IMG/VR virus record: IMGVR_UViG_3300025617_000007
Span: 32,001 to 96,000 of that record
DNA from: a virus
DNA length: 64,000 nt
Direction: 5' to 3' (one strand)
The notes beneath the pieces are model-generated. The model worked only from the letters and a program-made list of their open reading frames with translations. It was not told where the DNA came from and did no database searches. Below, in pieces: positions 21,001-31,719 of the stretch (position 1 is the stretch's first letter; each line of letters opens with the position of its first letter). A program made the translations under genes and the position numbers.

Positions 21001-24000
21001 CCATTTTAAATCCTCCATTGGTAAACATTTCATCTAACTCAGTATTATCATAATTAATAAAGACATCTTCACCCGTAAAAAATTTGTAAGTACTATTAAT
21101 AACTTTAGGGTAAAATCCATTTTTTATCTCCAATAAATCACCTTGTATCTTCTCAGGTACATATGTCGAAGTTACAGGTGTTAGACTATTATACGATTTA
21201 ATCGTATAAGTTTTATTATAGTCGTCACCAATCGGGTCATAAGCGTTCACATAGTTAAAGTCATCCCATATCCCATCTAAAATATCACCATTACCATTCT
21301 TATCTTGTTTATAACGATGCCATATTGACCCGTATTTTAGTAACCATAAGTAAGGTATTTTATGAATCGCAGCAAATTTACTTAATCCCGCAAATATGTA
21401 ATCACCCCATTTTGTTTGTGACACACCGTCATCGGATAAAGACTTAGTTAGATATTTTTCACTGAGCGTTGGTAAAGGTAAAGAATTTAAATACAAATAA
21501 CCTAACCCCACATATGGATTAACGTTACCCGAACTTTCATCTTCAACACCTTTCATTAACGCATTAACAAAATAAGGAGTATTAAGTAACGATGTTGTTT
21601 GTAAAGAGCTTAAATTATTTGTTGAGGTATCATAACTATTTCCATAATTTAAAACACTCTCACTTAAATAAAAATCTTTACTCTCTCTATTCTCATAATA
21701 TCTCTTTACCTCATCATTTGTTTGGTACGAAGTCACTCCACCACTTGATGTGTTTTGAGAAGGTAAGTTAGGTAAGTTTTTTTCAAAGTTAAAATAAGTG
21801 AAATACTTATTTGTATATCTCTCATCTGAATCCCCCTCATCATTAAATGTCGCTAAAGTTTTTTTAAGAATATTAAAACTCATAATGTCAGTAGTCGAAT
21901 TTGCCCCTCTAAAATTAGTGACCGATTTACCATTGGCTAAATTTTGACGTATCCAACTATCACTGTTAAATGGAAATTTATCTAAGAATGTTTCACCGTT
22001 AGAAGATGTACCACTAATGTAATCCTCTAATGCTGAAACCGATTTTGTAGATGATTCAATTTCAGTGGAATCTGTAAGTATACTATCGATAGAATATATA
22101 CCGAAATCTTTATTGATATACCCTTCTAAATAATTTTGAGTATATATATCTCTAACTTTTTTAGAATAAAAACTTCCTTGACCATTATTGGATATCGAAG
22201 ATAATTCGTTTATATAACTTTGAGGAGTAAATTTAAAGTTCTTAAATAGTGTAGTTAATCCAGGACTATCTTTTAGACCTGACTTAATATTAATTGACTC
22301 AAAATCTGCGAAAACATTATATAATGTTTTTCTAAAATTATCATTTCTAATAATTTTATTATAGTGAGAACCCAAATATGTCCTTTCGTAAATTTCATAT
22401 AGAAAAGAAACTGCTTCCTCATTAATGTATGGTAGATTTTCAAATGGAAATTCAACCGCATTAATACCCATATATGGAGATATCTGTGTCTCATTACCAT
22501 AATTAATATTAATTGTAGGTTTATCTTTTTCCAATGAAGCTTTTAAATATTCTTCAACAAATTGTATTTCAGGCCATTTTTTATTATTCCACCCATTAAT
22601 TGAGTTTATAATTGTTGGCTGTCCAGGATACTTTATTTCATATTTAGTGTCTCCGTTTTCCTCAACCACTTCTTGAATAAACTGAGGCCACGGGTAAACG
22701 AGTTTAGTTTCTTTTAACTGACCATTCGTTCCATCAATAGTTGCAACATCAACCATCTTTTTATAATCTTCACCATAAGATTTTTCATCAGGAATTATCG
22801 CACGTATCCTATCGGCATCTGTCCTAACATTCCAAGCATTCTCATGAACCTCATCCATTAACCTATAAAAAGCCTCAGCATTTGCACAAATAACCGCCAA
22901 AACATTATTAACGGTCGGATTAAAACCTAAACCAACGTCAGATGAAATAATTTTTTTAGACAGTGCTTCGGATAATCTTTTTTCAATGTCTTTTCTATTT
23001 CTTTCAAAACTATCTTCAATTTTTTTAAGTTTAGCTAAGAAAGTTCCGTTTTGAAAATTATCAGCATTTAATGTTTCACCAAACTTTATCAATGTGGTAC
23101 CAACCTCATCTTCTACAATGTCACCGTTTTCATTAATGCTATATTCTTTAGATGTTAACTCAAAAGATGCCCTTATTTTATTTTCAAAAATACTCAACTC
23201 TTCGTCTGTCGGTTCATTTCCTTTTCGTCTAATATATGTTTTTTTGTAATCTATAACACTCGGGTCCAATATTTGCTCAACTAAGTTGTTTGGTTTTATA
23301 TTAATCGAAATTTGTGATTCATAATCTTTACCTTCAATAGTATATTTTCCCGGGTCATAAAAAGTAGGACTTTCCTTTAGTTTTTTATTACCTTTTAATA
23401 CCTCACCTTTTAATTCAGAGAGAGCCCCTTTACGAGCATCTTCATCAAATTCTTTTTTGAAACCATAAAGAACAGAAGATTTTGTGTCGTTGGTTACATA
23501 GATTTCAGAAGTATCAATATACTTATTAAACCAACTACCAGAAACATTAGTAAATATTGATTTCCTATAGTTCTTTATATCAGTTTGAAATGTTACAATA
23601 TCATTTAGTACTGACATATCTTCTTTACTATAAGCTTCCATGACATACCGATTAAAATATTCCAACCTCATTTTCATTTGGTTCAGAGTAATTTCAGGAA
23701 AGTCATCCGCAATTAAACCTTTAGATTTATAAAGAGAATAAACCTCTTTAATTTTTTCCATACCCTTAGTTGTGGTTTTTCTTTCAGTACCTATCGTACC
23801 GTCAGCAGTTCCATTGGTATCATTGTCAATTAGATAATCTTTAGGGAAGATATGCGGTGTCGCATATAAATAATCCATTAAAGTATCTTGTAAGAAGGCG
23901 TGTGAACGAGCAATAAAGTTTGTAGTTATTTTATAGCTACCATCTGAAGGGTCAAACCTGGCGTTAAAGTCTTTTAGTATTAATTCTAATTTAATTGCCT

Positions 24001-24613
24001 TACCATAGTAACCTTTTACCGTTAAGGTAAATACAGGGTAAGGTAGATGCATAAAAACAGCATACGGTGATTGGTCACCTCTTTCAAATAGAACTCTTCC
24101 TTGAATATCAGTCATTTCAATAGTAACTGTCGGTACAAAAGCAGGGTTCATTTTGATATTAATACGAGTGATACCTAACATTTGATTGTCAACACCTTTA
24201 CCCGAACTAAAGACATCGTTAGAGGTTTCATTACTTCCTTGCGTAGGTAACAAAGTGTCTGTCCATGAAGTATCAAAAGCTTTGTCGTTGTATTTTTGTT
24301 CGTTTTTTACGTTAAAGTTTTCCGTTGGTGTTTTTTGATTCTCTTGTTTTCTTCCTTGTAAAAAATTAACATCCATCTGACCAACACCGACATTACGTAT
24401 CGGGTCGTCATAATCGGAACCAATAGATAATTTAGTTCTAGGTATGACTCTAGCCTCCAAATTGGCATAGGTGATTAAATTCTCGTGATTTACAAGTCTC
24501 TCCTCAACCGTACCATCAGGGTTTACTACTTTGTTCGGGTCGATAACTACTACATTATCATACTCTGTTTGAACAAAAACTTTTTGATTTCCGTAAAATT
24601 TATTATCTGCCAT
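18077..24613 (-). CDS. Giant baseplate hub protein (gp27/late-control-D-like) with a C-terminal GH73-like lysozyme-fold domain
   Basis: 2178 aa. The hub-type end motif GPYLITSVNHDITTRDFVTTFEGVR is followed by FVETG...NHNYFNLK...YISFGDETESIKF, which resembles glucosaminidase/FlgJ. Directly downstream of the LysM-like gene. Confidence 0.65.
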   Translation of the reverse strand: MADNKFYGNQKVFVQTEYDNVVVIDPNKVVNPDGTVEERLVNHENLITYANLEARVIPRTKLSIGSDYDDPIRNVGVGQMDVNFLQGRKQENQKTPTENFNVKNEQKYNDKAFDTSWTDTLLPTQGSNETSNDVFSSGKGVDNQMLGITRINIKMNPAFVPTVTIEMTDIQGRVLFERGDQSPYAVFMHLPYPVFTLTVKGYYGKAIKLELILKDFNARFDPSDGSYKITTNFIARSHAFLQDTLMDYLYATPHIFPKDYLIDNDTNGTADGTIGTERKTTTKGMEKIKEVYSLYKSKGLIADDFPEITLNQMKMRLEYFNRYVMEAYSKEDMSVLNDIVTFQTDIKNYRKSIFTNVSGSWFNKYIDTSEIYVTNDTKSSVLYGFKKEFDEDARKGALSELKGEVLKGNKKLKESPTFYDPGKYTIEGKDYESQISINIKPNNLVEQILDPSVIDYKKTYIRRKGNEPTDEELSIFENKIRASFELTSKEYSINENGDIVEDEVGTTLIKFGETLNADNFQNGTFLAKLKKIEDSFERNRKDIEKRLSEALSKKIISSDVGLGFNPTVNNVLAVICANAEAFYRLMDEVHENAWNVRTDADRIRAIIPDEKSYGEDYKKMVDVATIDGTNGQLKETKLVYPWPQFIQEVVEENGDTKYEIKYPGQPTIINSINGWNNKKWPEIQFVEEYLKASLEKDKPTININYGNETQISPYMGINAVEFPFENLPYINEEAVSFLYEIYERTYLGSHYNKIIRNDNFRKTLYNVFADFESINIKSGLKDSPGLTTLFKNFKFTPQSYINELSSISNNGQGSFYSKKVRDIYTQNYLEGYINKDFGIYSIDSILTDSTEIESSTKSVSALEDYISGTSSNGETFLDKFPFNSDSWIRQNLANGKSVTNFRGANSTTDIMSFNILKKTLATFNDEGDSDERYTNKYFTYFNFEKNLPNLPSQNTSSGGVTSYQTNDEVKRYYENRESKDFYLSESVLNYGNSYDTSTNNLSSLQTTSLLNTPYFVNALMKGVEDESSGNVNPYVGLGYLYLNSLPLPTLSEKYLTKSLSDDGVSQTKWGDYIFAGLSKFAAIHKIPYLWLLKYGSIWHRYKQDKNGNGDILDGIWDDFNYVNAYDPIGDDYNKTYTIKSYNSLTPVTSTYVPEKIQGDLLEIKNGFYPKVINSTYKFFTGEDVFINYDNTELDEMFTNGGFKMGQSQSNLLIGGYDPNNVNRALNYESWFQYFDIDGYSSFDEDATGNLLVIPSAGDLKFTQAQREIFNNDGKLTQNIENNQAIQNGQVRTLWSAPNYGYFNNSWVKKPSTTEYIKVINRDDDKQDSFIIGNKDTSYKSIEEIFAIFSKDMLDEFESHFLNFCKKEKDYKQMVYNPSKVNYNQELGSYENEYEFNIEKVMKSLLFVRKPNLTNVNASKDAKEIAKAQMSKLVSLNTKELFEKDVIFKIGNPGGFNRRVFDSLSSNELLKPVDPINFDTYQTNTLPTSSNPLSLSISQSISPEAWRAMYEYVGDYMEDGMKYTDNGSYVTDFFPTMNIRFTELNVIDLSPIIKIFATKKYNNDGVLNRGEFLNEFENFMSDGLTYQYSMLDQIFTTLNKTLPNVKEVQPQERISKLDGNVNKNELWSTFKNFNDRWISGQNLKSKTLFEEFLFLDKANRPIGDKVIINIEDMRFFLKNSKATESVLGLIGNILEKNNFVYMPVPSYSNFYGRNERVKEGMPDPSYSDVANNSFGTFLEVDTHGSEPKFLAIYIGKTSDKINTSANNTNYLFQDDAFDISKPTLSSVRTSEDGVTNFSNRNKVVAFNVDFGTRNQNMFKSISIDMSQRKNIAPTFQILANMGSMADGQKVAQETANLYNFYKNSSYNCTVVSMGNVMIQPTMYFNLRHVPMFYGPYLITSVNHDITTRDFVTTFEGVRATKYSLQMPDSLISSVNRDIIQNYKSDIRRVPTLAGSTGDTSVRQSSIKNSNSQTNSKRQADNSKCVAVQNIDKPYVNNVTTDLTQTEFKDEIDLLVLSDNVKKYIFGVGFVETGVSQKLRAKNHNYFNLKNMKENAKWTVPFNNQTCVRDGDYIVPYISFGDETESIKFMGQICSQYEQIIQSFLVNSNINGDLALSFSYLWYYTLRLTTNDKQLTAASNVDDVIIATVDGDLKSNSNGKSLFDNAYSTFKIKNRKWDNS

Positions 24614-24920
24614 AATAGAAGAAGTGGTTTTCTAATGCCGCTTTATAGTCCTGTAATGTATCAGTTAACGGATACGGTATGAACAATAAGCTATTATCAG
24701 GAATGTTAGTTTCTAACCCCTCATATTGTGGATTTGCCATTAGAATTAACCAACCAAAGTAAGGTGTTTCATAAAATTCATAACTAATTTTATCAAGTCT
24801 ACTCTTTCCTGTTCTGTAAATATACCTCTTATCTGTAGATTTTGAAGGGATTGTTACAAAAGGGACAACAGTTTGTTGACCATTTACCAAAAAATCATTA
24901 TATCTATTCCAGTATCTCAT
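24603..24920 (-). CDS. LysM-like baseplate protein (gp53 / tail X-like)
   Basis: RLDKISYEFYETPYFGWLILMANP...IPDNSLLFIP is the typical tail-X/LysM pattern, in the canonical position before the hub. Confidence 0.8.
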   Translation of the reverse strand: MRYWNRYNDFLVNGQQTVVPFVTIPSKSTDKRYIYRTGKSRLDKISYEFYETPYFGWLILMANPQYEGLETNIPDNSLLFIPYPLTDTLQDYKAALENHFFYYGR

Positions 24921-24922
24921 AA

Positions 24923-27900
24923 TTATTTAAATGATATTTTACCATTAAATGTTTTATTATCACCAACATTAACTCCTTTATATAAGTTAATAAAATATGA
25001 TTCTTTGTCACTATTATTTTGACCTTTAGGTAATTTAGTATAATCGAATATTCTTTCTTTATCTGATGTGAATGGTGCATAGTCATTAAATTTAGTAACA
25101 CTAGGTTTTTGTTTAAACTTAGTTAACTTATTTTTTGATTTTACACTAACGTTACGGTATATATCTACCAATCCCTTCACACCTGGTTGTTCAGGAAGAA
25201 TCACATTATTACCATATCCTTCAGAACCCATAATTAACGGTTCTACAATTGCCGGTGTTGATGGTATACCATAAATAATTTTATTAACGTACTTTACCCA
25301 TTCGTTTTTATCTTTTAATTCATCACCTAATATATCATTAATAAACCCTTCAGGATTGTTTCCTATCTCATCATAACAAACATGCATTAACCTAACAAAT
25401 GCCTTATCATTTTTATAAGGACTATCTAATATCGTGAAACTATAATTTGTATCATATTTAGGTATAAAATCTGTAAATATTTCATCGTAAAAACTTTTAA
25501 TGTCATTACTAACTGTAGTCACATCATTAACCATTTCATCATACGTGTTCGCAGGTGTTGGTTTAGAAGATATGTCAACTTTAGTAGTACCTGTTATGTT
25601 AGATAAAATATTAATACCTTTATCCGTTTGATAACCATCAGTGTTTGTAACTACAAAATTAATTTTATCAATTGTGTTTATTAACGTTAATTGATTATTA
25701 TTCATGTCATTAAATACTGAAAAATAATCATTACTAAATGACCCTTTTATCGTATTAATTTTTTGAGTCAGATTAAATTTAAATCTTTTCTTATCTTTAT
25801 TTTTAAAGTTTTGGTTATTTAAATTTTTAGTTAATGGTGATAAATCATTTTCAATGTCGTTGATAGTTTCAGAAAACAGATTATCTATTTTTTCTTGTAA
25901 CTTATCTTCTTTTGGTTTACCAAATAAATTACTTTTAACTACCGTACCTGTATAATATGTTGGTGAACCGTAATAACCTAAAAATTTACCTTCAGTATAC
26001 TCCCTATCAGATGTAAAATAACTTAATCCGTCAAAGGAGTACTTATCACTAAGACTTACTAAAGTATTCGTCACTGTGTCCGTATATTCTTTAGATTTTG
26101 TAGGTAATTCATCTATTAGATACACATACGAAGTTTCACCTGATACAGTATCTTCATTGTTATAAGTGGTATCGTTTTCAGATAATACGCTACCGATAGT
26201 TGTACCAATACTTGGTTGTTTTTCAGTAACTAAAGTTTTATCGTCCCCTAAAAATTTAATGTTATCTTCTATGTCATTCCATATCTGAGCGTTTAATTCA
26301 CTTCTTTCTTCAGTAACAACTGACCTATCATCGTACACTTCAGTGTTGGCATAGTAATTAAATGATAATGCATTTTGTAACCTACTAACAGGTTCTTTTA
26401 ACCCTTGACCCCCAATAAAATAAAAACTCATATTAATATCCGCCAACATTGGTTGCACCCCGATACCTTCCGGATTCATATCAAAAGTTAATGGTTCGTA
26501 AGTAATACTAATTTGGTTAATTGCAATTTTAGTATGGTAAAAATCACCAATTCTTAGAACACATATTGGGGGAGCCCCGAATGATGTATTAGTTGCATTA
26601 CTAGACTCAACAGGTCTACCATCATCACCAATCACTGGTATTGTATCACCAGGTCTAATACATTGTTGTAAAAACGTCAGTCTTGAGTTTAATCCTTCAG
26701 GTGTCATAGAGTGAAAGGCTGGTTGGAAATATTTAATTTTCTCTTTAATTCCATTATAAACCATAGGTGAGGACTCCTTCATTAAGTCAAAATAATCACA
26801 CTCAGTTAATAATTTTTTAACAATAATTTTAGCGACTTCCTCTTTTCTCCTTTCATTTTTTTCAGGTTCTTGCGTTTTTGGTATTGATTCGTTATTAACT
26901 TTTGTTTCATCTCCCGTAGCTATTGGAGTTTCATCTTCATCAGTTATAGTATCAATCTCCTTTTCCAAAGGCACTTCAATTATATCACTTATTCTTACAC
27001 GTCTACATTTCATAGCATCTACAGAATAAATCCTCGCATTTCCTTTTAATTCTTTACTACAATCCGTTCCATCAATAGTTATTTCTTCACCATTAGTATC
27101 TTCAGTTATAATTAATTTTCCGTCATCAACCCATTTTTGTAAGGTTTTATCTCCCTTAGTTTTTAGAGGTAAGAAGTAATCTTTAACACTATCAACCCTT
27201 CTTTTTGATAAATCACTATTATATGAAACACTATTAGGTGAGGACGCAGAACCTCTTAATTTAATAGTTACCGTAGAACCATCATCTAACGCCTCCCCTA
27301 ATTTTTTTACTAAATTAGTAGTTTTAGTCAATACACTATTTTCAGTATTTGCCGTTAGTATATTTTTTTCAAAAAATTCAATAACAGAACTACTATTATC
27401 TGATTTAGTTTTATAATCATTTTCTAATTTAATATACTCTTTTAATGTTTGATTATAAGGTATATCCGTTACCGTTAATCGAGTTTTTGGGTTTGGTTCA
27501 TCATTATGGAAGTAGTAAGCAAAATCTTTATAATCACTAGATGGTATTTTAGGTGGTACCTCTTCGGTCGCGGGCTCTTTTTCACCTGGTATGTCAGGAT
27601 TAACCTTATCAAACTCCGCTTTTACAGTGTCAATCTCAGGATAGGTTGTGATGATATCATATATGTCTTGATAAGTAAATTGAGGAAATCTCGTAGCTAA
27701 TTCGTATATGTCGTATTTTCGACATCCCGCAAAGAAACTATCTACAATACCATTAACTTTATTACTATCACTTTCCTTAGCTAGTTCCTTATCAACTATG
27801 GCATTTAAAATTGATGGGTGGTCAACCACTATTTTCCAAGATAGTGAACCCTGACGAGTTGTATTACTATAAGTATATATCGGTTCGGGTCTACCAACAA

Positions 27901-29743
27901 ACTCATTACTATTCCAATTGGCACTATTAGTTTCACTAACTTTCATATCGTACGGAGGAAACCACATAATACGACCCCCATTAGGTCCTCTTTCACAGTG
28001 TGGTAAGTCTTGATACGTGTATCCTTTTTTCTTAGATGTTCTCCACGATAAATTTTCTAAAGAAAACATATATTTTTTAACACCTTCAGTACTAAAATTA
28101 TTACCTGTTAAATTTGTGGTTTCTTTACCTCTTATAGGTGCAATGTTAAGATTGTAAGTATTGTCCAATACTGAGTAAGTAAATTTACGACCCGAATTAG
28201 TAATACCATCACCTTTCTGTAAATCACCCATCGAATAGTACGGAGTGTCTTTAGTGAATACTCGACAATATTCTTTACCTACAATTTGACCATCTTCATC
28301 TGTATATGAAATAACTCTAGAACCTTTAGTTAACTCTCTCGTACCATCATGAAATACTTTAGATACTTGGTCAATGGCGTTACCCACATGTTCTAATTTT
28401 TTCTGACCCTGTAATTCACTGGACGCATTAATTAGTTGTTGAGTATTATCCAATATAGAACCCGATTTAAAATCGTATTGACCACCACCGTCAACTGATT
28501 GACCGGCTTGAAAAGTATTTTGTATGCCCTGTTCTGTCCAATCACTATCTATGGTACCGTAATATGTACCCCCAACACCAACTTTTTGACCTGCAGCGTC
28601 TTTACTTTTTGGAGATACCCAAGTAAACCCTCCTTGAATTCCACCACTATCATATGTTGGATTTTGATTTAATCCAAACTTAAATATGTTTTTCTTCTCG
28701 TCTGATTTATTTTCAAAATCTTCAGCAATTTTACCATAACCATAAACAGGTGATAATGTTTTATTCCCATCCCTATCTAAAGGTAATGCGTTTTCTGGCG
28801 ATACATAACCACTTATTTCCCTATCAGAACTACCCACGTAATAGTTTTGTGGTGGTACCTCGGTAAATAAATCTGTTAATATATTTTTATTATAGTCAGG
28901 AACATATCGATTTAACGCCAATCCTTTAAATAATCTTGACCTTTGACCTCCACCAGTATTATCTAAGAATGTTTGCATTCCAGTTTTTTCGGTTGGAAGT
29001 TTTAAAATACCTCTTTTATCAAAAAGACCTGTAACATCATTAACCGCTTGATTAAGTAACAATTTTCTTGGTTCGTTACTAAAATAATCACCAGGTATCC
29101 AAGAATATGGCGAATAAACACCTGTTATTCTACTAATAAAATCTAAACCTTTACCTAATATATTTTTAGGAACAGATATTTTCCAATCTCTCTCAATAAT
29201 AGATTTATTACCCGTAACAATACCCAATAAATCATATGGGTCTGAAAGTGCATCAATAGCATTAATTCGACCTATAGTTTGTTGGTATGTCTCTTGAGAC
29301 ACTCTATACTGAAACTCAGATTTTAATGATTCCGCAGCTATACGTGCTAAATCAGAATCTTGAGACAATGAACCGTTATTACCCTGTGGATTATTATTTG
29401 TTAATATATTAAACGCATTATAGGTTGATGCAATAAAACCATTATAAGGTCCTTTACCTACACTACTAACTAAATTAAAATTAAATACATCATCAACATT
29501 TAGAGGTTCAGAAAAACCTCCTTCAGGACCATAACTATTTTTAGTATATGCAACTTTAGATTCCTTTTTTCCGATAACCTCAACTTCTGAGGAATCAATA
29601 ACTGCTTGGTCATCAGTATTAAACTCAACCTCACCAGGTTTACTGGTAGGTACAAAACCATCACTATTGTATGGTTGTAAATTTCTTACTAATAACTTTT
29701 TTCTAAAGTTCTCTGTAGAGTTAAATGATAATGGACTTGGCAT
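24923..29743 (-). CDS. Large tail-tube-initiator-like baseplate protein (gp48/gp54-type fold) with an OmpA-like insert
   Basis: Split tube-fold motifs FPPYDMKVSETNSANWNSNEFVGRPEPIYTYSNTTR and PPICVLRIGDFYHTKIAINQISITY flank an OmpA-like segment (YFHND...LRGSAS...YNSDLSKRRVDSVKDY...CRRV). Lies between the tape measure and LysM genes. Confidence 0.6.
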   Translation of the reverse strand: MPSPLSFNSTENFRKKLLVRNLQPYNSDGFVPTSKPGEVEFNTDDQAVIDSSEVEVIGKKESKVAYTKNSYGPEGGFSEPLNVDDVFNFNLVSSVGKGPYNGFIASTYNAFNILTNNNPQGNNGSLSQDSDLARIAAESLKSEFQYRVSQETYQQTIGRINAIDALSDPYDLLGIVTGNKSIIERDWKISVPKNILGKGLDFISRITGVYSPYSWIPGDYFSNEPRKLLLNQAVNDVTGLFDKRGILKLPTEKTGMQTFLDNTGGGQRSRLFKGLALNRYVPDYNKNILTDLFTEVPPQNYYVGSSDREISGYVSPENALPLDRDGNKTLSPVYGYGKIAEDFENKSDEKKNIFKFGLNQNPTYDSGGIQGGFTWVSPKSKDAAGQKVGVGGTYYGTIDSDWTEQGIQNTFQAGQSVDGGGQYDFKSGSILDNTQQLINASSELQGQKKLEHVGNAIDQVSKVFHDGTRELTKGSRVISYTDEDGQIVGKEYCRVFTKDTPYYSMGDLQKGDGITNSGRKFTYSVLDNTYNLNIAPIRGKETTNLTGNNFSTEGVKKYMFSLENLSWRTSKKKGYTYQDLPHCERGPNGGRIMWFPPYDMKVSETNSANWNSNEFVGRPEPIYTYSNTTRQGSLSWKIVVDHPSILNAIVDKELAKESDSNKVNGIVDSFFAGCRKYDIYELATRFPQFTYQDIYDIITTYPEIDTVKAEFDKVNPDIPGEKEPATEEVPPKIPSSDYKDFAYYFHNDEPNPKTRLTVTDIPYNQTLKEYIKLENDYKTKSDNSSSVIEFFEKNILTANTENSVLTKTTNLVKKLGEALDDGSTVTIKLRGSASSPNSVSYNSDLSKRRVDSVKDYFLPLKTKGDKTLQKWVDDGKLIITEDTNGEEITIDGTDCSKELKGNARIYSVDAMKCRRVRISDIIEVPLEKEIDTITDEDETPIATGDETKVNNESIPKTQEPEKNERRKEEVAKIIVKKLLTECDYFDLMKESSPMVYNGIKEKIKYFQPAFHSMTPEGLNSRLTFLQQCIRPGDTIPVIGDDGRPVESSNATNTSFGAPPICVLRIGDFYHTKIAINQISITYEPLTFDMNPEGIGVQPMLADINMSFYFIGGQGLKEPVSRLQNALSFNYYANTEVYDDRSVVTEERSELNAQIWNDIEDNIKFLGDDKTLVTEKQPSIGTTIGSVLSENDTTYNNEDTVSGETSYVYLIDELPTKSKEYTDTVTNTLVSLSDKYSFDGLSYFTSDREYTEGKFLGYYGSPTYYTGTVVKSNLFGKPKEDKLQEKIDNLFSETINDIENDLSPLTKNLNNQNFKNKDKKRFKFNLTQKINTIKGSFSNDYFSVFNDMNNNQLTLINTIDKINFVVTNTDGYQTDKGINILSNITGTTKVDISSKPTPANTYDEMVNDVTTVSNDIKSFYDEIFTDFIPKYDTNYSFTILDSPYKNDKAFVRLMHVCYDEIGNNPEGFINDILGDELKDKNEWVKYVNKIIYGIPSTPAIVEPLIMGSEGYGNNVILPEQPGVKGLVDIYRNVSVKSKNKLTKFKQKPSVTKFNDYAPFTSDKERIFDYTKLPKGQNNSDKESYFINLYKGVNVGDNKTFNGKISFK

Positions 29744-29821
29744 CTATATATTCTTTTTACATAAATAGATGATAATATAATTTTGTGATATAAACTATGT
29801 CGTTAATTTAACTAATATGTG

Positions 29822-31693
29822 TTACGCCCACTTACTTTCATCTAAAAGTTTTGATTTAATAATACTCATAGCTTCAGGATTTCTAATTAGTAAATTATTA
29901 AACTCTTCTTGTGTAAGTACCGAATTAGTTGGGATATCATTAAGTTTTAAATTAATGTCACCGGTTACTACCATGGATACTTGCCCACCATTATAATTAC
30001 TATTATTACCCATAACATTAGAATTTACAACACTATCAGGTATTTCTCTTTGTGCCGGTTGTAATGGATTAGGAGTAATTACTTCTCTTTGTGCCGGTGA
30101 CTCGACTGTTACGGAACCACTACCCATCGGTATTTCTCTTTGTGGAGTTTTAGGATTTAATATATTAATTATACCATCAGTATTAATCTCTATCTCACCT
30201 AAAGTACTAAGCGCGTCTTCCATTAATCCATTAAAATCAAAATTTTTGAGTTCGTCTTCAACACGTGTAAGGACTTTATTAAATCCGTTACCCATATTTA
30301 TAAAAAACTTATCAATCTGTTCGTCACTTAGTGGTGGTATTTCTATTTTTGAAACGGCATCAAAACCTCTAGTGGGGTCAATATCTTCCCTTAAGAATTC
30401 TTGAGCTCGTTCATTAATTTTACTAAAATTAGTGACCATATTATTAACCGCATCGACAAATTTACCACTTTCTAATGCCTCCGCAGTCGTAATACTTTTA
30501 GTTGAATTTTGAGCGTTAGCTATTTGTTGTAGATATCCATTCGCTTCAATAGCTAATGTTTTATCAGATTTTTGGTTTTCTTTTTGAAACTTTTCAAGTT
30601 CAGAAATTTGTTTGTTGGTTAGGTCTTGAACTCTAACCATATCATCCTGACCTGGAAGTTTAACTTTTAATTCACCTCCATCAAACTGAGATAAATTGGC
30701 CAATAACTCTTTATTTTCTTCGGGTATTTCATTCATACCACTTAACATGTCAAGTTTTTGTGTCTTTTTTGCCGAATTTAAAGCCAATTCAGAAAACTCT
30801 TGGTATGAATAACCCGCAAGTTTAGCCGCTTCTCTAAGACGATACATTTGTGTGACAGGAATATCAAACTCACCAGTTTCTTCATTAAACGACACCGCAC
30901 CTGACGCCATATCAACAAGACTGTCTTGTAATCCTGCCATGTCGGTTTGAGCCATATGTAATAATTTAAACGGGTCACCTAAATCACCTACGGCACCACC
31001 CAACATTTGGAACCCCGCAGCAGTTTCAATTGCCTTTTCAGGTGACATTAGTTCCTCCGCGAAACTAACAGTTTTACTCATATCGATTCTTAAAGACTGT
31101 GCCTGAGCAACCATTTTAGATAATCCATCAACACCACCTTTAAAGTTATATGACGCTAAAAGTTTAATGTTATCACCAACAGACCTCATAAATTGACCGA
31201 CATTTAATCCATAACTTCTAGCATCTTTTTGTAATTCACTTACTTTATTGATAGTATCTTGAATACCAAAACCTATAGTATCAAAACCAACAACAAATTT
31301 ACCCATTTCTTCAGAAGTTAAACCAGCAATATGTTTTAATCTCTGCATTGAGGTTACTTGGTCTTCAGTTAAAAATTTTGAATTTTGAAGTTGAATGTTA
31401 ATCGAAGAGAATAACTCAAGGTTGTCTTGAGCAGTTGCACCAAATTTAAGGGTTTCTACCTGAGCATTAGCAACTGTGGTTTGTATTTGATTAGTAATTT
31501 CACGACCCTGACCTAAAACATCACGAGTCATCTTAGCGGTCGCTTCATTAATCGCAGACGCATTATTCATAATAACTCTAGGGTCAATAGCTGACAAAAG
31601 GTCTTTACTAAATTGTTTGAGACCAACCTGCGCAAGCGTAATATTCTCTTTAATATTTTTGGTTGTCTCCTCTAAGTTACTATTAAAAAACAT
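29822..31693 (-). CDS. Tape measure protein (T4 gp29-sized)
   Basis: 623 aa, helical and Ala/Gly/Met/Gln-rich, immediately downstream of the tube and chaperone genes. Confidence 0.7.
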   Translation of the reverse strand: MFFNSNLEETTKNIKENITLAQVGLKQFSKDLLSAIDPRVIMNNASAINEATAKMTRDVLGQGREITNQIQTTVANAQVETLKFGATAQDNLELFSSINIQLQNSKFLTEDQVTSMQRLKHIAGLTSEEMGKFVVGFDTIGFGIQDTINKVSELQKDARSYGLNVGQFMRSVGDNIKLLASYNFKGGVDGLSKMVAQAQSLRIDMSKTVSFAEELMSPEKAIETAAGFQMLGGAVGDLGDPFKLLHMAQTDMAGLQDSLVDMASGAVSFNEETGEFDIPVTQMYRLREAAKLAGYSYQEFSELALNSAKKTQKLDMLSGMNEIPEENKELLANLSQFDGGELKVKLPGQDDMVRVQDLTNKQISELEKFQKENQKSDKTLAIEANGYLQQIANAQNSTKSITTAEALESGKFVDAVNNMVTNFSKINERAQEFLREDIDPTRGFDAVSKIEIPPLSDEQIDKFFINMGNGFNKVLTRVEDELKNFDFNGLMEDALSTLGEIEINTDGIINILNPKTPQREIPMGSGSVTVESPAQREVITPNPLQPAQREIPDSVVNSNVMGNNSNYNGGQVSMVVTGDINLKLNDIPTNSVLTQEEFNNLLIRNPEAMSIIKSKLLDESKWA

Positions 31694-31719
31694 GTATTAC
31701 TTTATCAATAAATATTTAA

